Under the pieces are notes generated by a model. It did not search any database and was not told where the DNA came from. It worked only from the letters and a program-made list of their open reading frames with translations. DNA of 64,000 nt from Myxococcota bacterium (GTDB lineage: Bacteria > Myxococcota > Kuafuiibacteriia > Kuafuiibacteriales > Kuafuiibacteriaceae). The DNA is taken from NCBI GenBank assembly GCA_039024635.1, contig JBCCQA010000001.1:71932-135931 (forward strand), in the 5' to 3' direction. Shown here one piece after another: positions 63,461-64,000 of this stretch (its first letter is position 1; every line of letters begins with the position of its first letter). A program made the position numbers and the translations under genes.

Positions 63461-64000
63461 GTGGCAAAGCCAGGCATCCGGGCGGAGGTGCGGGGTCGGG
63501 TGGCTCGACTGCCGCGTGACGTCGGGCCCTTGGGGACCGACGGCTTCGGCTACGATCCTGAGGCCGTCGAGCGGGCGGCGATACCGGCGGCCTGGCTGTA
63601 TCGCCACTGGTTTCGTGTCTGTTGCGAGGGGATCGAGAAGGTCCCCGATGGGCGGGTGCTTCTGGTGGCGAACCACTCGGGTCAGCTTCCCTTCGATGGC
63701 ATGATGATCTGTTCGGCCATGATGCTCGAGCGGAATCCCCCCCGTGTCGCTCGCGCGATGGTCGAACGTTGGGTTCCTCGACTTCCCTTCGTCTCCGTCA
63801 TGATGGCGCGCTCCGGCCAGGTCGTCGGAACGCCCGAGAACTGTCGTCGGCTTCTTCGCATGGAGCAGGCGATTCTGGTCTTTCCCGAGGGCGTGCGTGG
63901 TCTCTCCAAGACCTTCGATAAGCGCTACCAGCTCCAGCACTTCGGCTCGGGCTTCATGCGCCTGGCCCTCGAGTGTCAGGCCCCCATCGTGCCGGTGTCG
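63461..64000 (+). CDS. 1-acyl-sn-glycerol-3-phosphate acyltransferase-family protein (3'-partial)
   Basis: HX4D acyltransferase motif 'VANHSGQLPFDG' and 'FPEGVRG'. Runs off the window end. GTG start at 63461 is tentative. Confidence 0.6.
   Translation, partial: MAKPGIRAEVRGRVARLPRDVGPLGTDGFGYDPEAVERAAIPAAWLYRHWFRVCCEGIEKVPDGRVLLVANHSGQLPFDGMMICSAMMLERNPPRVARAMVERWVPRLPFVSVMMARSGQVVGTPENCRRLLRMEQAILVFPEGVRGLSKTFDKRYQLQHFGSGFMRLALECQAPIVPVS

Noticed and set aside
1-64000. tRNA/rRNA genes
   Set aside because: No T-loop (GGTTCGAATCC-like) or rRNA-like stretches found by eye. All sizeable intergenic regions are accounted for.

Overview
High-GC (~67-70%) bacterial chromosomal segment in three parts.

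(1) Positions 1-17.4 kb and 24.2-26.9 kb hold a large, tightly translationally coupled flagellar/chemotaxis supercluster: fliP(partial)QR-flhBAFG-fliA-cheY-cheZ-X-flgFGAHIJ-flgMNKL-fliW ... fliD-fliS.

(2) An accessory insertion at 17.4-24.1 kb sits between fliW and fliD. It carries a DUF938 methyltransferase, a dispersed hairpin/VNTR repeat family in two copies, tesB, the flagellin gene fliC on the minus strand, an HDOD protein, a small glycine-rich lipoprotein and a patatin phospholipase.

(3) A signalling and envelope region at 26.9-64 kb carries thrE-queG, mutS, an amidase, two pseudo-receiver/Fis regulators, REC-GGDEF, mltD, a histidine kinase, an ImuA-like gene, a DnaJ/CbpA-like gene, paralogous glycine-zipper proteins and LVIVD/Cys-rich lipoproteins. 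It also holds an FHA-fused catalytically dead CpaF-like ATPase coupled to a double-FHA membrane protein, tolC-mlaC-like, lnt, tldD-pmbA, a PEGA-type Ser/Thr kinase, a Kelch-like protein, an FHA-sigma54 activator and a partial acyltransferase.

The most notable sequence-level observations are:
- sigma-28 promoter matches, including ones placed to give leaderless flgF and fliD transcripts;
- a CsrA-type AAGGA hairpin in the fliC leader, with fliW present but no csrA in the window;
- direct repeats flanking tesB-fliC-HDOD;
- the FHA pseudo-ATPase and the wider FHA/STPK/sigma-54 neighbourhood.

No rRNA, tRNA or CRISPR array was recognised. Many long antisense shadow ORFs typical of high-GC DNA were discarded. 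The ORF track renders GTG/TTG starts as M.
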